Positions 8,744-19,389 are shown, numbered from the stretch's first letter. The stretch: DNA of 64,000 nt from a bacterium (GCA_963657065.1 CAVKLD010000003.1:1811-65810), one strand, 5' to 3'. Numbers and translations: made by a program. The notes: generated by a model from the letters alone, not told the origin.

Positions 8744-10660
8744 ATGAAAAAAACGTCAAAGTCATTTATTGCGGTTGTGCTCACGCTGTGTTTCGCGTTC
8801 TCGTGCGCGATTCCCGCGCTTGCCGCGCCGTCTGCGGGCAACACGGGCGTTACCGTTGCCGAAGCGGCGGCGGATAAAATTTCTTCCGCGACGGCAAAAA
8901 CCGTCGGTTTGGTTGCCGATAAACTCGGCAGTTTCGGCTGCGATATGCCGGATGCCGACGAAACGGGCAAAGCGGATTTCGCAGCGACCGCGAAGAAGCT
9001 GTTCGCGAAGCTCATAAACATGCTGAGCGACTTTTTTATCAATTTTGTTGTTGCGGGTTCGCTTAAAACGGTGATTCCCAATGCAAACACGGTTGAAAAT
9101 CTTGACGATTTTGACCTTGACGAATACGCGGGATTTTTGCCCGGAATGGAAACGTTCATCGATAAACCCGCCGGAAATGCGGTGTGGAGTCTTGGTTATT
9201 CGCGCAAGTCGATAATGCCCGCAAACTTCGGCGAAAAATCTTACGCGAAAGGCGCGTATCTTCCGTATATTTTCGGTAACTCGATGTACAAGGATGACGA
9301 CGGCGTCGACGAGGAACTGAGAGTTCGCACGGTTGTCATTAACGACGGTTCCGGCAGAGGAAATGCCGTATTTTGCGCACTTGATGCCATGGGGCTTTGC
9401 AATGCGGACGTGAGAAAAATACGTGTCGCGCTGGAAGAGTTTGCGAAAACTAACAATATTGTGAGCATAAATGTTTCGTGTACGCATATTCATACGGGTA
9501 TCGATTCGCAGGGTGTTTGGACAAATCCCGCAGGCGATCTGTTCCACAACACGATAAGACAGGACGAAACCGTTACGACGGGCGTCGACCCGGATTTCCT
9601 TGAAGCTGTGATAAACGGCTGCAAAGAGTCCGTCATTGAAGCGTTTAACGGCATGACGGAAGGCAAACTCATGTATTCGAAAATTGATATCTCCGAGTAT
9701 CTCCGCGACCGCACCGCACCCAAGTGCTATGACGAAAATCTCTATAAACTTGCATTTGTTCCGTTCGACTCGTCCGCCGCTCCCACGATTATTGCGACAT
9801 TCGGCTGCCATCCCGAGTCTTCGAGCTACGACTGGAACAACGGTGACGGGACGAAATACGACGAGAAATTCACCGCCGACTTTGTCTGGTATATCGAAAA
9901 ACTGCTCAATTCGCAGGGGTATAATTTTATCTATCTTCAGGGCAACGTCAGCACGACCACTTCTTCGAGAGGACTTACCGGCGACGGCATTGACGGCAAC
10001 GCGCATTATTCGGCTGTACGCTACGGTTACGAGATAGGTTACATTCTTCTTGGCATGGAAATGGATGAAGCCGGCAGAATCGCACTCAACGCCGCAACGG
10101 GTGATAAACTCGGCGTAAAGGAAAATGCCGCAAAAGACGGATATTCGATATGGTATGAGGGACTTCCGACAGTTGCTGCTCAGGAAGTGAAACCTTTGCT
10201 TAACATCGCAAATCGCGCCTTTGCTGTTGAAATTTCGAACAACGCTATGGCGATTATAGGCAAAACGTCAATTTCAAATAATTTCGTTCTGCGCGGCAAG
10301 CTCGGAAAGTACTACACCGTGTCAGAGGTCGGTTACATGGAAATAGGCGACGTTCTTAAAGTTTACATGAGCCCCGGCGAAACGTTTACCGAATTGCTCA
10401 AGGGCGGCTACGGCGCGGAAGGATTCGAGTTTAAGCCGCTGCGCGATGAGTACGGCGAAAACGTCATAATTATGGATCTCATGAACGATGCCGCAGGTTA
10501 CGTCGCGAATCCGGAAAACTATGTAATGGCGGGTCTTCAGTACAACCCCGAAACGGGCAAATATGACAGCGACACATGGTGTCTTATCTCTTACGGCAAG
10601 AACGCTGCGAGCGATTTCATCGGCAATTTCCGCGAGCTTGTCAGAAGCAAACGCGGATAA
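8744..10660 (+). CDS. secreted protein of uncertain function, possibly neutral/alkaline ceramidase-like
   Basis: Sec signal MKKTSKSFIAVVLTLCFAFSCAIPALA|AP. The SCTHIHTGIDSQG and FGCHPES motifs loosely resemble the metal-site motifs of the neutral ceramidase N-terminal domain. This family assignment comes from memory only. Confidence 0.6.
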   Translation: MKKTSKSFIAVVLTLCFAFSCAIPALAAPSAGNTGVTVAEAAADKISSATAKTVGLVADKLGSFGCDMPDADETGKADFAATAKKLFAKLINMLSDFFINFVVAGSLKTVIPNANTVENLDDFDLDEYAGFLPGMETFIDKPAGNAVWSLGYSRKSIMPANFGEKSYAKGAYLPYIFGNSMYKDDDGVDEELRVRTVVINDGSGRGNAVFCALDAMGLCNADVRKIRVALEEFAKTNNIVSINVSCTHIHTGIDSQGVWTNPAGDLFHNTIRQDETVTTGVDPDFLEAVINGCKESVIEAFNGMTEGKLMYSKIDISEYLRDRTAPKCYDENLYKLAFVPFDSSAAPTIIATFGCHPESSSYDWNNGDGTKYDEKFTADFVWYIEKLLNSQGYNFIYLQGNVSTTTSSRGLTGDGIDGNAHYSAVRYGYEIGYILLGMEMDEAGRIALNAATGDKLGVKENAAKDGYSIWYEGLPTVAAQEVKPLLNIANRAFAVEISNNAMAIIGKTSISNNFVLRGKLGKYYTVSEVGYMEIGDVLKVYMSPGETFTELLKGGYGAEGFEFKPLRDEYGENVIIMDLMNDAAGYVANPENYVMAGLQYNPETGKYDSDTWCLISYGKNAASDFIGNFRELVRSKRG

Positions 10661-10683
10661 TTCGAATTGACTAAAAAAACAAA

Positions 10684-10719
10684 GGGATGTGAAAGAGCCG
10701 ATTTTTCACATCCTTTTTT
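10684..10719 (+). terminator. intrinsic terminator after the 8744-10660 gene
   Basis: Stem ggatgtgaaa/tttcacatcc followed by TTTTTT. Confidence 0.85.
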
Positions 10720-10725
10720 ATTGAA

Positions 10726-10761
10726 AGAAAAAAGCGTCGAGTGTTGTGAAACATTCGACGC
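10726..10761 (-). terminator. intrinsic terminator of gap
   Basis: On the minus strand: stem gcgtcgaatg/cactcgacgc (one G-U pair) followed by TTTTTTC, 19 nt past the gap stop. Confidence 0.8.
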
Positions 10762-10779
10762 CGATGTTTTTATCGGAGA

Positions 10780-11814
10780 TTAAAGCTCTGCGAAATACTT
10801 GATGGTTCTGACCATCTGGCTTGTGTAGGAGTTTTCGTTGTCGTACCACGAAACGACCTGAACTTCGTAAAGACCGTTGCCGAGATCAGCAACCATTGTC
10901 TGAGTTGCATCAAAGAGAGAACCGAATTTCATGCCGATAACGTCGGAAGAAACGATAGGATCTTCGTTGTAGCCGAAAGAAGCCGATGCGGCAGCTTTCA
11001 TTGCAGCGTTGATGCCCTCTTTTGTTACGTCTTCGCCCTTGACAACAGCCGTGAGGATGGTTGTCGAACCTGTGGGAACGGGAACTCTCTGTGCGGAACC
11101 GATGAGTTTGCCGTTAAGCTCGGGGATAACAAGGCCGATAGCCTTTGCCGCACCTGTTGAGTTGGGAACGATGTTTGCTGCGCCGGCACGTGCACGGCGA
11201 AGGTCGCCCTTTCTGTGGGGACCGTCGAGAATCATCTGATCGCCTGTATAAGCGTGAATGGTGCTCATGATACCGCTCTGGATAGCGGCGTAATCGTTAA
11301 GAGCCTTAGCCATGGGAGCGAGGCAGTTCGTTGTGCAGGAAGCTGCGGAAATAATCTGATCGTCTGCGGTAAGAGTGTTTTCGTTTACCGAGAAAACGAT
11401 AGTCTTGAGGTCATTGCCTGCGGGAGCGGAGATAACAACTTTCTTTGCGCCTGCGTTGATGTGAGCCATGCTCTTTTCCTTGGAGCAGTAGAAACCTGTG
11501 CACTCAAGGACAACGTCAACGCCGATTTCGCCCCAGGGAAGATCCTTTGCGTCTTTTTCGGCGTAGATTTTGAGAACTTTGCCGTCTACGGTAATCGTGC
11601 CCGCTTCGTCATCAGCCGAAACAGTGTGAAGGCCTTCGCCTATTTTGCCGCAGTAACCGCCCTGTGCGGTATCATACTTAAGAAGGTGCGCAAGCATTGA
11701 GGGCTTGGTAAGGTCGTTGATGGCAACAACATCGTAACCCTCTGTGCCGAACATCTGACGGAACGCAAGGCGTCCGATTCTGCCGAAACCGTTAATAGCA
11801 ACTTTAACTGACAT
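10780..11814 (-). CDS. gap: type I glyceraldehyde-3-phosphate dehydrogenase
   Basis: [20 protein letters not shown] and the active site SCTTNCLAP. 344 aa. Confidence 0.97.
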   Translation of the reverse strand: MSVKVAINGFGRIGRLAFRQMFGTEGYDVVAINDLTKPSMLAHLLKYDTAQGGYCGKIGEGLHTVSADDEAGTITVDGKVLKIYAEKDAKDLPWGEIGVDVVLECTGFYCSKEKSMAHINAGAKKVVISAPAGNDLKTIVFSVNENTLTADDQIISAASCTTNCLAPMAKALNDYAAIQSGIMSTIHAYTGDQMILDGPHRKGDLRRARAGAANIVPNSTGAAKAIGLVIPELNGKLIGSAQRVPVPTGSTTILTAVVKGEDVTKEGINAAMKAAASASFGYNEDPIVSSDVIGMKFGSLFDATQTMVADLGNGLYEVQVVSWYDNENSYTSQMVRTIKYFAEL

Positions 11815-11889
11815 TATATTTTTCCTCCGTTTTTAGAGTGACGCCGCCCCGAAAATCCGTAACTGCGTCCTCTTAATTTACCAATATAT

Positions 11890-11917
11890 AGTATACACGA
11901 TTTTTGTTTTTTTGCAA
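11890..11917 (-). promoter_or_regulatory. candidate sigma-A promoter of gap
   Basis: On the minus strand: TTGCAA (11917-11912), 16-nt spacer, TATACT (11895-11890) preceded by TG. Confidence 0.5.
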
Positions 11918-12031
11918 GCAATTTGTTAATTATTTAACTGATGCAAGTCAATGTTTGTGTACCTGACCGAAATTCCCGTTGCTGGGACTGCATGTTTTTT
12001 GCAATTTAACATAAAAAAGCGGATACTGCGG

Positions 12032-13006
12032 TTAGCTTTTATCTGACGGATGATTTACGACGTTGATCGGTGCGCCGCTGCAGAAAGCCTCGATATTTTT
12101 TTCGGTTACGCCCAGCAGGCGCTCTCTTGTTTCAAAAGGAGCCCATGCGATGTGGGGCGTTATCCATGCGTTTTTCGCGGTCAACAGCGGATTGTCGGAA
12201 AGAGGCGGCTCGGTTGAGAGGACATCGAGTCCCGCGCCGGAGAGTTTTCCGGAGTTCAGCGCGTCGGCGACTGCCTGTTCGTCAAGCTCCGCGCCGCGTG
12301 AGGTGTTTATGAGAAATGCGCCGTCTTTCATTTTTGAGATAAATTCAGCGTTGACCATCTTGTCCGTCTGCGGTGTGAGCGGGCAGTGTATTGTTACGAA
12401 ATCGCATTTTGGCAGCATTTCGTCAATAGACAGAAACTTTATGCCCGTGTCGGAATATTTTTCCGGGTGCGCGGTGTTCACAAGAACATTCATACCGAAC
12501 GCGTGCGCAATTTCACCGACGCGTCCGCCTATTCTGCCGTAGCCGATTATGCCGATCGTTTTGTCTTTCAGTTCGCACAGGGGCGCCGCGATGAAACTGA
12601 AATCGGCGCAATTCGCCCATTCGCCGCCGTGCACGCGGTCGGAGTGAACGCCGACGCGGTTGGCAAATTCGAGAATGAACGCAAAAGTCTGCTGCGCGAC
12701 GGCATCGGTCGAGTATGACGGAACATTTGAAACCGTTATGCCGAGTTTGTCGGCGGCGGTTGTGTCAACTACGTTGAAGCCTGTGGCAAGCAGCGTAATA
12801 AATTTCAGATTCGGCAGACGGCGCAGGGTGTTTTCCGACAGTACCGTTTTGTTGATTATGACGATGTCTGCGTCTTTTGCGCGTTCGACCGTTTCTGCGG
12901 GAGTGCTCCTGCTGTAGACGTCAAACGAGCCGTATTTTTTCAGAAAATCCCAACTTAAATCGCCGGGATTTGCAGTGGAAGAATCAAGAATCACTATGCG
13001 GTGCAT
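12032..13006 (-). CDS. D-isomer-specific 2-hydroxyacid dehydrogenase (glycerate/hydroxypyruvate reductase-like)
   Basis: GIIGYGRIGGRVGEIAHAFGMNV (NAD site), RGAELDEQAVADALNSGKLSGAGLDV, ITPHIAWA. ATG at 13006 is preceded by AAGGAGA; the longer track ORF is an upstream extension. Confidence 0.85.
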   Translation of the reverse strand: MHRIVILDSSTANPGDLSWDFLKKYGSFDVYSRSTPAETVERAKDADIVIINKTVLSENTLRRLPNLKFITLLATGFNVVDTTAADKLGITVSNVPSYSTDAVAQQTFAFILEFANRVGVHSDRVHGGEWANCADFSFIAAPLCELKDKTIGIIGYGRIGGRVGEIAHAFGMNVLVNTAHPEKYSDTGIKFLSIDEMLPKCDFVTIHCPLTPQTDKMVNAEFISKMKDGAFLINTSRGAELDEQAVADALNSGKLSGAGLDVLSTEPPLSDNPLLTAKNAWITPHIAWAPFETRERLLGVTEKNIEAFCSGAPINVVNHPSDKS

Positions 13007-13188
13007 GTTAAAATCTCCTTTCGGATGTTTTTTATCTGTCACAACACATGGTAGCACAAAAACGACGCAAAAGCAATCTTAATAATTCGCAAACCGCATC
13101 CGGAGCGCGTTTTCTTTTGCTGTAAAGATGTAAAGCCGACCGCTTGATATCAAAAAAACACAGCCGCGGCGAAACGCAGTCTGCGGCT

Positions 13189-13434
13189 TCACGCCGCGTT
13201 TTGACTTTCCGTTTTAAGTTTTTGCGGTACTTCGGGGGTATAGCGGACACGTGCGTTAATTCGGCGGCGTTTCTCCGCGGCTCTTTTCTTCGTGCGCAGA
13301 AGCACGGCAGTGCGTATTTTATGTGAAATTTTTTCTTCAAAAGCAATAAGTCTGCTTTCGTTGAGTATGCACCATGCGGCGAACGCGGCGAGAAAAACTT
13401 CAAAAATTATAAGACAGGTATAGATTGTGAGCAT
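13189..13434 (-). CDS. small membrane protein with one N-terminal TM and a basic tail
   Basis: MLTIYTCLIIFEVFLAAFAAWCIL followed by a Lys/Arg-rich C-terminus. Weak RBS. No recognisable family. Confidence 0.35.
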   Translation of the reverse strand: MLTIYTCLIIFEVFLAAFAAWCILNESRLIAFEEKISHKIRTAVLLRTKKRAAEKRRRINARVRYTPEVPQKLKTESQNAA

Positions 13435-13664
13435 AAAACATCCGCCTTTCATAATCGAACATTTGTTTTGTTTTGTGAGTACAGTATAACCTATAAAAAC
13501 GTGTTTGTCAATACATTTGTTCGATTTGTGTCGATTCCGAGTACATTAAATCGTACTTTGCTTTTTCGTTGTGCCTGCTGTTTAGAATATATCACAATAT
13601 ATGGTGTTCGTCAACGCATTCGACAAAAGCTCCCACGAAACGAATCGTGAGAGCCTTGATTTTG

Positions 13665-15194
13665 TCAGTAATCGTACACGCCGGAGTATTCGGTTCGCGG
13701 GTCGGCGGGTTTGTATTCATCGAGGGTAAGGGTAAACGTGAGATATTTTCCGGAACGCGATACCGTGACGTTCAGCGTGTCACCCGCCCGTTTTGATGAA
13801 AGAGCCGAGGACAATTCCGCTGCGCCCGTGACGGTTTCGCCGTCGATGCCCGTTATCACGTCGGCGGCTTTCAGTCCCGCGTTCGCTGCTGCGGTATCCG
13901 AACCGACCGCGACAATATACAGTCCCACGGGGATGGAGTAGCGCATTGCCATTGTCTGCGTGACCGGCTGCACGGAAACGCCGATACTCGGTTTGCCCGA
14001 AACATAGCCGTTTTCGATGATATCCGAAATCATGCTTTTTACATCGTTTAGCGGTATGAAAAATCCGAGCCCCTCGATTGATGAGGATTCGTATTTTGCG
14101 CTTGCGATGCCTACGGCTCTGCCCTGCATGTCGTAAACCGGACCGCCCGAATTGCCTTCGTTTATCGCGGCGTTTGTCTGGTACATGTTTATCACGTCGC
14201 CGTTTTCGGTGGTAATTGCGCGGTTTAGATAGCTTACCATTCCGTCGGTGAACGTGTAGGAAAGTTCGCCGAGCGCATTCCCGATGACGAGAATTTCGTC
14301 GCCTACCGAAAGTGAAGATGAGTCGCCTTCTTTTACGGGGGTAAATTCGCCGGTGACTTTTATAACGGCAATGTCGTTTGAGGCTTCATATCCGCGAACC
14401 GTCGCTTCGTACGCCTGTCCTGCGTAGGTGGTGACTGTGATTTTCGTTGCATTCTCTATAACGTGGTAGTTTGTCACTATATAGCCGTCGGACGTAATGA
14501 AAAATCCCGAACCCGTGGACGTAAACTGCGCCTTGGCTGTTCTGCCGAAGAGAGTGCTTACTTCTTTTGTGCCTTCGCACTTGATGCCGACTATGCTGTT
14601 TACCGATTCGGCATAGACTTCGCCTTTTGTTTTAGACGATTCCGCATTTTGCTGCGTCGTGCTCTCCGTTTGTGCTTCGGTGACGGTCGGTCCGGATTCG
14701 ACCGCATTTATGGGCATCTCACTGTCCGTTTCCGTCGGAACGGAGATGAGTTCGTCAGAATTTCGCACCGTGGTGTTTGCCGAATTGTCCTTGTTCTTAA
14801 TCACCTGAACCGCGACAAACGAAGATATCGTGCCCGATACCGCGCTGACGACCATGCACAAGATCAATGTGATTATTCCGAAAACTGCAAGCGTTTTGCG
14901 TGTCGGCGGTTTCTTCTTTTTCGAATTTCCCGACCGTGATATCATTGCCGGGTAAGGGATGTCGTCGCCCGACGGCGACTGTTCCGTGAACATAACATAT
15001 TGTGCGTTTGCATCGGACTCAGGTTTGCCGTACGTATATTTTTCGCGTTCACCGCCGATGCCGCCGTAAGAGCTTTGCCCGGCACCGCCGCCGTAAGAGC
15101 TTTGCCCGTCGGCACCGCCGCTCCCTGAAAATCCGTTCGCGGAAAATCCGTTTTTCGAAAACTCTCCGCCGTAGCCGCCGTTGTTATTATCCAT
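13665..15194 (-). CDS. htrA: HtrA/DegP-family trypsin-like serine protease with a PDZ domain, a TM anchor and a Gly-rich N-terminus
   Basis: GSGFFITSDGYIVTNYHVIE (His), GNSGGPVYD (Ser), and a C-terminal PDZ-like region. ATG at 15194 follows AGAGGTG. Confidence 0.9.
   Translation of the reverse strand: MDNNNGGYGGEFSKNGFSANGFSGSGGADGQSSYGGGAGQSSYGGIGGEREKYTYGKPESDANAQYVMFTEQSPSGDDIPYPAMISRSGNSKKKKPPTRKTLAVFGIITLILCMVVSAVSGTISSFVAVQVIKNKDNSANTTVRNSDELISVPTETDSEMPINAVESGPTVTEAQTESTTQQNAESSKTKGEVYAESVNSIVGIKCEGTKEVSTLFGRTAKAQFTSTGSGFFITSDGYIVTNYHVIENATKITVTTYAGQAYEATVRGYEASNDIAVIKVTGEFTPVKEGDSSSLSVGDEILVIGNALGELSYTFTDGMVSYLNRAITTENGDVINMYQTNAAINEGNSGGPVYDMQGRAVGIASAKYESSSIEGLGFFIPLNDVKSMISDIIENGYVSGKPSIGVSVQPVTQTMAMRYSIPVGLYIVAVGSDTAAANAGLKAADVITGIDGETVTGAAELSSALSSKRAGDTLNVTVSRSGKYLTFTLTLDEYKPADPRTEYSGVYDY
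15061..15107 (-). repeat. 27-nt tandem duplication encoding the GG(A/D)GQSSYG repeat in the HtrA N-terminus
   Basis: ccgccgtaagagctttgccc occurs at 15061 and again at 15088 (plus-strand reading). Confidence 0.8.
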
Positions 15195-15271
15195 GCGATT
15201 CACCTCTGGAATGAGTGTAACCTATTTGCTTTAAGTGAGCCTTATATACGCCCTATATGCACGCTGTATTT

Positions 15272-15511
15272 TTACAACAGCTTATACATTTCCGATGCGT
15301 TTTCTTTCGTCGCATATTCCCGAACGGATATAACTTCGGCTTTCGTAAGATTCGAGCCGGTTTGAATGGAAATGATGTCGCCGACTTTAACGTCGTAAGA
15401 TGCGCGAGCCGTTTTGCCGTTAACGTCGACGTGACCCGCGTCGCAAAGTTCGTTTGCGACCGTGCGCCGTTTGACAAGGCGCGATACTTTTAAAAATTTG
15501 TCAATTCTCAT
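15272..15511 (-). CDS. RNA-binding S4 domain protein
   Basis: MRIDKFLKVSRLVKRRTVANELCDAGHVDVNGKTARASYDVKVGDIISI is an S4 alpha-L motif. ATG at 15511 follows GGGGGA. Confidence 0.8.
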   Translation of the reverse strand: MRIDKFLKVSRLVKRRTVANELCDAGHVDVNGKTARASYDVKVGDIISIQTGSNLTKAEVISVREYATKENASEMYKLL

Positions 15512-15644
15512 GGTACGTCCCCCAAAAAATTTTTCTTTTATATTATACCGCAGTTGCAAAATAATTCAAGGTCTGCTAAAATAAAATAGGCAATAAATAA
15601 TCTGACGATAACAAACGGTAATAAATTGAAAGTGTGAAAATGAA

Positions 15645-16217
15645 ATGAAGTTAAAAGAATGGTACGAAAAACTTTACGGCAAAATATTTTCGGTGCCGTT
15701 TTTCGCAAAATTTTTGAAAATCCCCGGTTTGGAAAAACTTTTGCAATACGAAATGATGTCCTATCTCGTTTTCGGTGTGCTTACCACAGTTGTTAACTTT
15801 GTCGTTTTCGGCATTGCAAACAGGCTTGCGGGGGAGGGGTACGAATCGCTTGTGCTTTTTGACATAGGTTCATTCCGGTTCAAATGGCTCTACATTTCAA
15901 ACGCGATAGCGTGGGTGTGCGCTGTGACGTTTGCGTATATTACAAATCGGCTTTTTGTGTTTGAGAGCACCGCAAGCGGAGCGAAAGCGGTAACAAAAGA
16001 GATTGTTTCGTTTTTCGGCGCACGTATAATATCGCTGCTCCTGTTTGACGAGCTGCTTTATGCGCTGCTGCTCAATATCTTTGAAAAAATGAACGGCGGC
16101 GTGTGGATTGACAAAATCCTTGTGGCTGTTTTAACCGTTGTATTTAACTATATAGCGGGTAAATTCGTCATATTCAAAAAGCGCGGTGCGGACACTACGG
16201 AGGACAAGACAAAATGA
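15645..16217 (+). CDS. GtrA-family membrane protein
   Basis: Four predicted TM segments and the typical C-terminal NYIAGKFVIFKKR motif. Confidence 0.7.
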   Translation: MKLKEWYEKLYGKIFSVPFFAKFLKIPGLEKLLQYEMMSYLVFGVLTTVVNFVVFGIANRLAGEGYESLVLFDIGSFRFKWLYISNAIAWVCAVTFAYITNRLFVFESTASGAKAVTKEIVSFFGARIISLLLFDELLYALLLNIFEKMNGGVWIDKILVAVLTVVFNYIAGKFVIFKKRGADTTEDKTK

Positions 16218-16930
16218 TACTCGGTATAGCCGTGTGCGACGACGAGAGTGCCGTTTGCGAATATCTGCGCGACCGAATTACGGATTTGCTCGCGAAGTGG
16301 GATATCGACGGCAAAGTCTTCGTTTTTAACGACGGAGAACCGCTTGCCTCAGCTTTTGAATCGGGACAGGCGGATTTTAACCTGATTTTTCTCGACATCA
16401 CAATGAAAAGCTGTGACGGACTCTGTGCCGCCAAACGCATCAGAGCCGTAGACAAAGATGTTATGATAGTTTTTGTCACCGCGTCTGCGGAATACGTTTT
16501 TTCCGGTTACGAGGTGAGAGCGTTCCGATATATCCTCAAACCCGAGCTTATGAATGGGTTCCCGCGCGTGTTTAAGGAGTGCGTGGATGAAATTACGCAC
16601 AGCGGCGACGCACGTTATGTTTTTCAAAGCGGCTCGGAAAGCACGAGTCTGCCCGTTCGCGATATTCTGCTCTTTGAAAGCAATAAACGCATTATTACAC
16701 TTAAAACCGTATCGGGACGGGAATATACGTTTTACGGCAAGCTCGACGAGGTTGAGCAGACGTTGAAAAAACAGGATTTCGTGCGCTGTCATCAGTCTTT
16801 TCTTATAAACGCGACTAAAATCTCGTCTTTGATGCCATCTTCGGCGGTGCTGTCCGACGGTACGGTTGTACCCGTGAGCAAGCACAGGGCGCGGGAAACA
16901 AACGAGGCGTTTTTATGGGCGATGCGCTGA
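16214..16930 (+). CDS. LytTR-family response regulator
   Basis: The receiver domain (IAVCDDE...IFLDITM) is followed by a LytTR DNA-binding domain (FVRCHQSFLINATKI). ATGA overlap with the GtrA stop. Confidence 0.88.
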   Translation: MILGIAVCDDESAVCEYLRDRITDLLAKWDIDGKVFVFNDGEPLASAFESGQADFNLIFLDITMKSCDGLCAAKRIRAVDKDVMIVFVTASAEYVFSGYEVRAFRYILKPELMNGFPRVFKECVDEITHSGDARYVFQSGSESTSLPVRDILLFESNKRIITLKTVSGREYTFYGKLDEVEQTLKKQDFVRCHQSFLINATKISSLMPSSAVLSDGTVVPVSKHRARETNEAFLWAMR

Positions 16931-16950
16931 CGGGCAAAATGAGGTAAACC

Positions 16951-18297
16951 GTGCATATGGACTTGATTCGTGACTATAAAGAGATTTTGTTTAACACCGC
17001 GCTTATTTTTTCGTCGGTGTTTGAGCTTGTACTCGCGTATATCATGGCGAACAGTTTTTTCGCTTCGCGGTTCGGGCGCAGTCGATTCGATTATCTTCCG
17101 TTTGTGGGACTTGCGGCGGTGATAATTCTTCTGCGCAACGATTTTCCGTCGGAATTTGTCCGTTACGCCGTTGAATGTGCGCTGCTCGTTGTGATTTTGT
17201 TTTTGATGTACACCGACCCGATTCGGCGAAAAGTGATAGCATCTGCTGTATTCATTATTATAGTCGCGCTGTCCGAAACGGGAGCGCGCGCCCTTTTCGG
17301 TATCGTTTCGCGTGCCGTCGGGTTTGAGTCAAGCATGGACGCTTCGTATATCCGTCTTGGCAGGCAGACTCTTGCCAACGGGATAATGATAGCCGCCGCT
17401 GCGGCGGTCAGTATTTTTGCAAAACGCTACACAAAAGTTCCGACCTCATTCAGATTGTGGACGGCGTTATTTTTCGTGCCGATTGTTACGCTCGTCACGT
17501 TTTCGGTTTATCAGTACTTTTTTGAAAATTATTCTGTCGGTGACCGCATTGCCGCATATGTCTACGTGTCGTGCGGGGGATTGATATTTATAAACGTGCT
17601 CGTGTTTGTCCTGTTCGGAAAATTCCGCGACCAGCTTGCATTGGCGCGTGACACGGAGATGTTGTCATCGCTGCTTACTCAGCAGGAAAATTCCGTAAAA
17701 AGACTTGAAACGCTTTATAACAGGACGCGTTCTTTCCGTCACGACATGAAAAATCATATTTTGCTTTTGAATATGCTTGCGGAAAAAGGCGATATCGAAG
17801 GATTAAAAAAATATTTGAGCGACCTCGGCGGCGCGGTCGACGAATCGGATTATGTCCGCATTACGGGTATTTCGGCGGTTGACGCTATTTTGAACGAAAA
17901 AATGTACGAAGCACAGTCTAAGGACATAACGACGGAGTACAATTGCGTCAATCTTGAAAAAAATGATATTCTGCCGATAGATTTGTGTATTATTTTGAGC
18001 AATGCGCTTGATAACGCCATTGAAGCGAATGTGCTTATTGAAGAAAAAACACGTCGCTTCATAAAGGTGAAAGCGCACGGAAATGAAACGTTCACGGTTA
18101 TTTCGGTATCGAATCCGACCGACGCCGAACCGAAGAGGAATGCAAAGGGCTTTTTTGATACTTCAAAAGCGGATTCCGACTCGCACGGTTTCGGTTTGCG
18201 CTCCATCGAGAGCACCGTAAACAAATATCACGGAGAGATGATTGTAAAATGCGAGGACGGTGTGTTTACACTCGTTCTTCGGCTCAACGGCAAATGA
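16951..18297 (+). CDS. polytopic sensor histidine kinase (AgrC/HPK10-like, GHKL ATPase)
   Basis: About 6 N-terminal TM segments, SFRHDMKNH (phospho-His box), and the N-box/G-box LSNALDNAIEA...SHGFGLRSIE. The start could be GTG 16951 or ATG 16957. Confidence 0.85.
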   Translation: MHMDLIRDYKEILFNTALIFSSVFELVLAYIMANSFFASRFGRSRFDYLPFVGLAAVIILLRNDFPSEFVRYAVECALLVVILFLMYTDPIRRKVIASAVFIIIVALSETGARALFGIVSRAVGFESSMDASYIRLGRQTLANGIMIAAAAAVSIFAKRYTKVPTSFRLWTALFFVPIVTLVTFSVYQYFFENYSVGDRIAAYVYVSCGGLIFINVLVFVLFGKFRDQLALARDTEMLSSLLTQQENSVKRLETLYNRTRSFRHDMKNHILLLNMLAEKGDIEGLKKYLSDLGGAVDESDYVRITGISAVDAILNEKMYEAQSKDITTEYNCVNLEKNDILPIDLCIILSNALDNAIEANVLIEEKTRRFIKVKAHGNETFTVISVSNPTDAEPKRNAKGFFDTSKADSDSHGFGLRSIESTVNKYHGEMIVKCEDGVFTLVLRLNGK

Positions 18298-18416
18298 TTT
18301 TATAAAAAAAGTACAGTTTTTCCACCTGTCTTCGCGGTATATTTTTTCTTTTCGACAGTGCATTTTCTCGTCGAAGGGTGTATAATTATCTATTTGAAAG
18401 GACGGAGTTTTTTGTT

Positions 18417-19352
18417 ATGACGTCTGAAAATAACGTAATCAATGAAAAGCAGAATCTTATAAGACAGCTCAAGAGGGAAACGGGAGCGGTTATTCTCGCA
18501 CATACGTACCAGTCGCCCGAGATAACGGAAATCGCCGATGTTGTGGGTGATTCGTTCGCTCTTGCGTCAAAGTGTGTTTCCCTGCCCGAAAAAAAGGTGG
18601 TTATGTGCGGTGTCCGCTTCATGGCGGAGAGCGTGAAAATACTTGCTCCTGAAAAAGAGGTTCTTTTGCCCGCGTCGGACGCGACATGTCCGATGGCGGA
18701 GATGATATCTCCCGAACGCGTGCGCCGATTCAAAGAAGAACATCCGGACGCCGTCGTCGTTGCATATATCAACACAACAGCCGCGCTCAAAGCCGAATGC
18801 GACGTGTGCGTCACTTCATCAAGCGCACTCAAGATAGTGTCCCGCCTTGATGCCGGCGAAATACTGTTCATTCCCGACAAAAATCTCGGAGCATACGTCA
18901 AAAAAATGCTCCCGGACAAAAATATAATACAGTGGGACGGTTACTGCCCCGTACACAATTCGCTTACTGCGGAGGATATCATTAGCGCGAAACGCAGTCA
19001 TCCCGACGCGCTCGTTGCGGTGCATCCCGAGTGTCCGCAGGAAGTTGTTGACCTTGCCGATATGGCGGGTTCGACGGCGGAGATAATCAAGTTTGCGCGT
19101 GAGTCCGAAAAACCCGTGATAATAGGCACCGAAAGAGGTGTCGCCGATGGCTTTCTTGCGCATGAAAAGGGGTGCGAGGACAAATATATTTATCTTTGCC
19201 CCGAAAAACTTGTTTGCGCCGACATGAAAAAAATCACACTCGACGGCGTTATTGCCGCGCTGAACGGCATGGGCGGCGAGAGTGTGTCGGTTGACGAAAC
19301 GCTGCGTGTCAGGGCGAAAAAAAGCATAGACGAAATGCTTCGTCTTGGCTGA
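18417..19352 (+). CDS. nadA: quinolinate synthase
   Basis: GAVILAHTYQSPEI...MCGVRFMAESVKIL...CPMA...YINT...VHPECP are NadA motifs. ATG at 18417 follows AAAGGACGGAG. Confidence 0.93.
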   Translation: MTSENNVINEKQNLIRQLKRETGAVILAHTYQSPEITEIADVVGDSFALASKCVSLPEKKVVMCGVRFMAESVKILAPEKEVLLPASDATCPMAEMISPERVRRFKEEHPDAVVVAYINTTAALKAECDVCVTSSSALKIVSRLDAGEILFIPDKNLGAYVKKMLPDKNIIQWDGYCPVHNSLTAEDIISAKRSHPDALVAVHPECPQEVVDLADMAGSTAEIIKFARESEKPVIIGTERGVADGFLAHEKGCEDKYIYLCPEKLVCADMKKITLDGVIAALNGMGGESVSVDETLRVRAKKSIDEMLRLG

Positions 19353-19389
19353 AAACGTAAAAACTCCCATATAAAAGAGGTAATAATAT

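Noticed and set aside
8762-10006. 414-aa minus-strand ORF rich in Arg/Phe/Val
   Set aside because: It is antisense shadow of the 8744-10660 secreted-protein gene, which has a signal peptide, an RBS and a terminator.
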